Below are positions 61,964 to 64,000 of a stretch of DNA of 64,000 nt, piece after piece; the stretch's first letter is position 1, and every line of letters begins with the position of its first letter. Both the position numbers and the translations under genes were made by a program. Origin of the DNA: Hydrolagus colliei (lineage: Eukaryota); NCBI GenBank assembly GCA_035084275.1, contig CM068747.1, positions 19,716,001 to 19,780,000 of the forward strand. Reading direction: 5' to 3'. A model generated the notes under the pieces. That model saw only the letters and a list, made by a program, of their open reading frames with translations. It was not told the origin of the DNA and searched no databases.

Positions 61964-64000
61964 ACTGCACCATTAGTACACTATTAAATACATGTTGACA
62001 CTTTGCGATTGAGTGCAAATTGGTTAAATATATAATCAATTGAGTGGATGCAAAATTGTAATACAGTTCTTCAAAAACTTTGTCTGTATAGTTTTGTGGT
62101 TGTTACAGCTCATCAATATCTTTTCCCGCTGTGTGTCACACTGGGAATCCACTGATAGTAATAGTTACTGTGTTTACGGTTAAACATTCAATACGTGAAG
62201 TAGATTATTGCAGGTGACACATGTATAAGGTTTGGAACGGAATCGAACCCCGTGTTATCACAAGAGGGTAATATAATTAACCCAATGATTACTCGGTGAA
62301 ATATGCATTATTTAGAAATCAATTAAAAATAAACCAGAGACATGATCAAATCTAGCCCTAAATCCGTGATTACTTCAGATGTCCGGTTGCCACTGGTTGC
62401 CACTGTTGCCCAAACTAATCAATATCCAGCAGTGATTTTTATTACCAATAATAATAATAATTTCTAGGTGATCTGAATTCCGTTTCTCTGAATGAATGGA
62501 AGCTCATTATTCTCTTCTCAAATAGGTTGATTCAATTCTTTGACAAGAATGAATAGGAAAGCTTCATAGGTTAAAATATACAATTAATCTGGAGCAGAAA
62601 TAATTTGAATACATTAATTCCTCTTTGAATTTATACGAGCCTGTGTATGTGAATACTACTTAGTTTGATTTGACCTGAGACATTTTGATACAAATTTAAT
62701 TGCTGTTTATTGCAAATTAATTATTCTCTATAATTGTTTGTTGAAGTAATCACCTCTGTAATCGATTCCACACGTAAACGCGCAAAATACCGGGTGGGGG
62801 GGGGGGGGGGGGGTCTGTCCTTTGCACTATCAATTCCGTGTACTTTATATCGCACAGGCCTTTGCGTTTTTCTTCAAGATTTATTCAACTTATTGGCAAT
62901 AAAGGTATTAAATGAAGAAACAAAACAATACGGTTTGGTCACTTGTGCGATACAAACAATCGAAAAGTCAATAGAATATCGTTTTCTGTTAGTTTCTACA
63001 AATTGAAGATTCACTGTAACAAGTCAGGATACAATGGTTATCTCGTTAATAAGCCAACTGTGTAATAAAGGTTATTCGGTGAGCCATTCATTCCTGGTCT
63101 GAATTCCAATGTGTCTGGGACTCGGGGCGGCAGGAAGTGTGCCCCGATATAAAGGAGCTTTCTTCAGCAGGATCTTGATGAATTAGTCCATTCCTTTCTG
63201 GTTATAAATAACCCGCATGTCAGCGTCTGCCGGCTCCCCGAGTAAATACTTTATAATTCTGCAGTTACTTCAATTTGGGTTTGTTATGGTAAGCATTTAA
63301 AGCACTCCGGCTTCGGGTCCTTTAGGAAACGTTAGATCCTTTCATCGGTGTAGTATTGCGGAGTTAAACAAAATATTTCACTTCCTTCATCGAGGCAACC
63401 AGTTAGAGAAACAATTTACACACACAAGTTACAGGAGACACCTAGTGAACACCTCAGGCACAGCAGCCGCAGTGAAAACCCTGCCACGTTTGTAAGATTT
63501 ACTGTCTGTCGTCTCTTCGAGTAGCGCTGTACTGCACTGTATTGTACCGCACTGTACCCACAGTTAGCTTGGGGAGGGTCACGGCGGTCAGACTGGGACA
63601 GATGTCCAGCTTTCCTGTAGTTTACAGGCCTTTCTTTACCACAAACACAGGAACGCGAGGCAAAGCTCAACCCACAACCCGAAGGTCGCCCATTGGGAAA
63701 GCTTTCCGCTCAGTTGACGCGGCTCCCGTGTTTCCTGCCCTTTACAGCTTCACCGTCAACACGGAATAGCAAAACACAGGCAGCGCGGGCTTTGGTTCGG
63801 CTCAGGGTACTGTGTGTTCGGCATCAATTGGTTTTTGAATCGGTGACATTTATATAAGGTTTGGAGCTGGCTGGCTGGCCGGCACACAGTCAGCACTTTG
63901 CTGATTTCCTGGGATGTGTGTATAGCGCGGCTCGGAGGCAAACTCGGCGCCAGAGATATTGATGATTCGTTATACGAATATCCTCTCAATACGCAACACG

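Noticed and set aside
62384-62410. Short tandem GGTTGCCACT units (also AACTTCGGCC x2 at ~45128)
   Set aside because: Two to three copies with no spacers; ordinary slippage, not a CRISPR-like or other array.
1-64000. Most short ORFs in the six-frame track
   Set aside because: Many use non-ATG starts, show no recognisable domains, and overlap repeats or low-complexity DNA; expected by chance.

Overview
Eukaryotic, vertebrate genomic DNA. The repeat complement (tRNA-headed and Deu-domain SINEs, L2, CR1, Penelope-like relics) suggests a cartilaginous fish, possibly a holocephalan; this is inference. The only supportable protein-coding gene is engrailed-1 (en1) on the minus strand: exon 1 CDS 54551-54059, a 2821-bp GT-AG intron, and exon 2 CDS 51237-50918, giving 270 aa with EH1-EH5 and a homeodomain. 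The window has two parts. About 1-41 kb is an AT-rich, CpG-poor gene desert 3' of en1, full of decayed retroelements and MITEs, with TE-free candidate enhancer blocks. About 41.5-64 kb is a CpG-retaining, almost TE-free domain around en1, with long G/C homopolymers, motif clusters (E-box/ETS/CCAAT promoter, Pbx/Meis and YY1 clusters in the intron, a CTCF site) and a possible divergent promoter near 63.1 kb. There is one 132-N assembly gap. I found no convincing new multi-gene system; the best leads are regulatory or non-coding. Repeat coordinates are read by eye and approximate, and family names come from recalled consensus features, not database searches.
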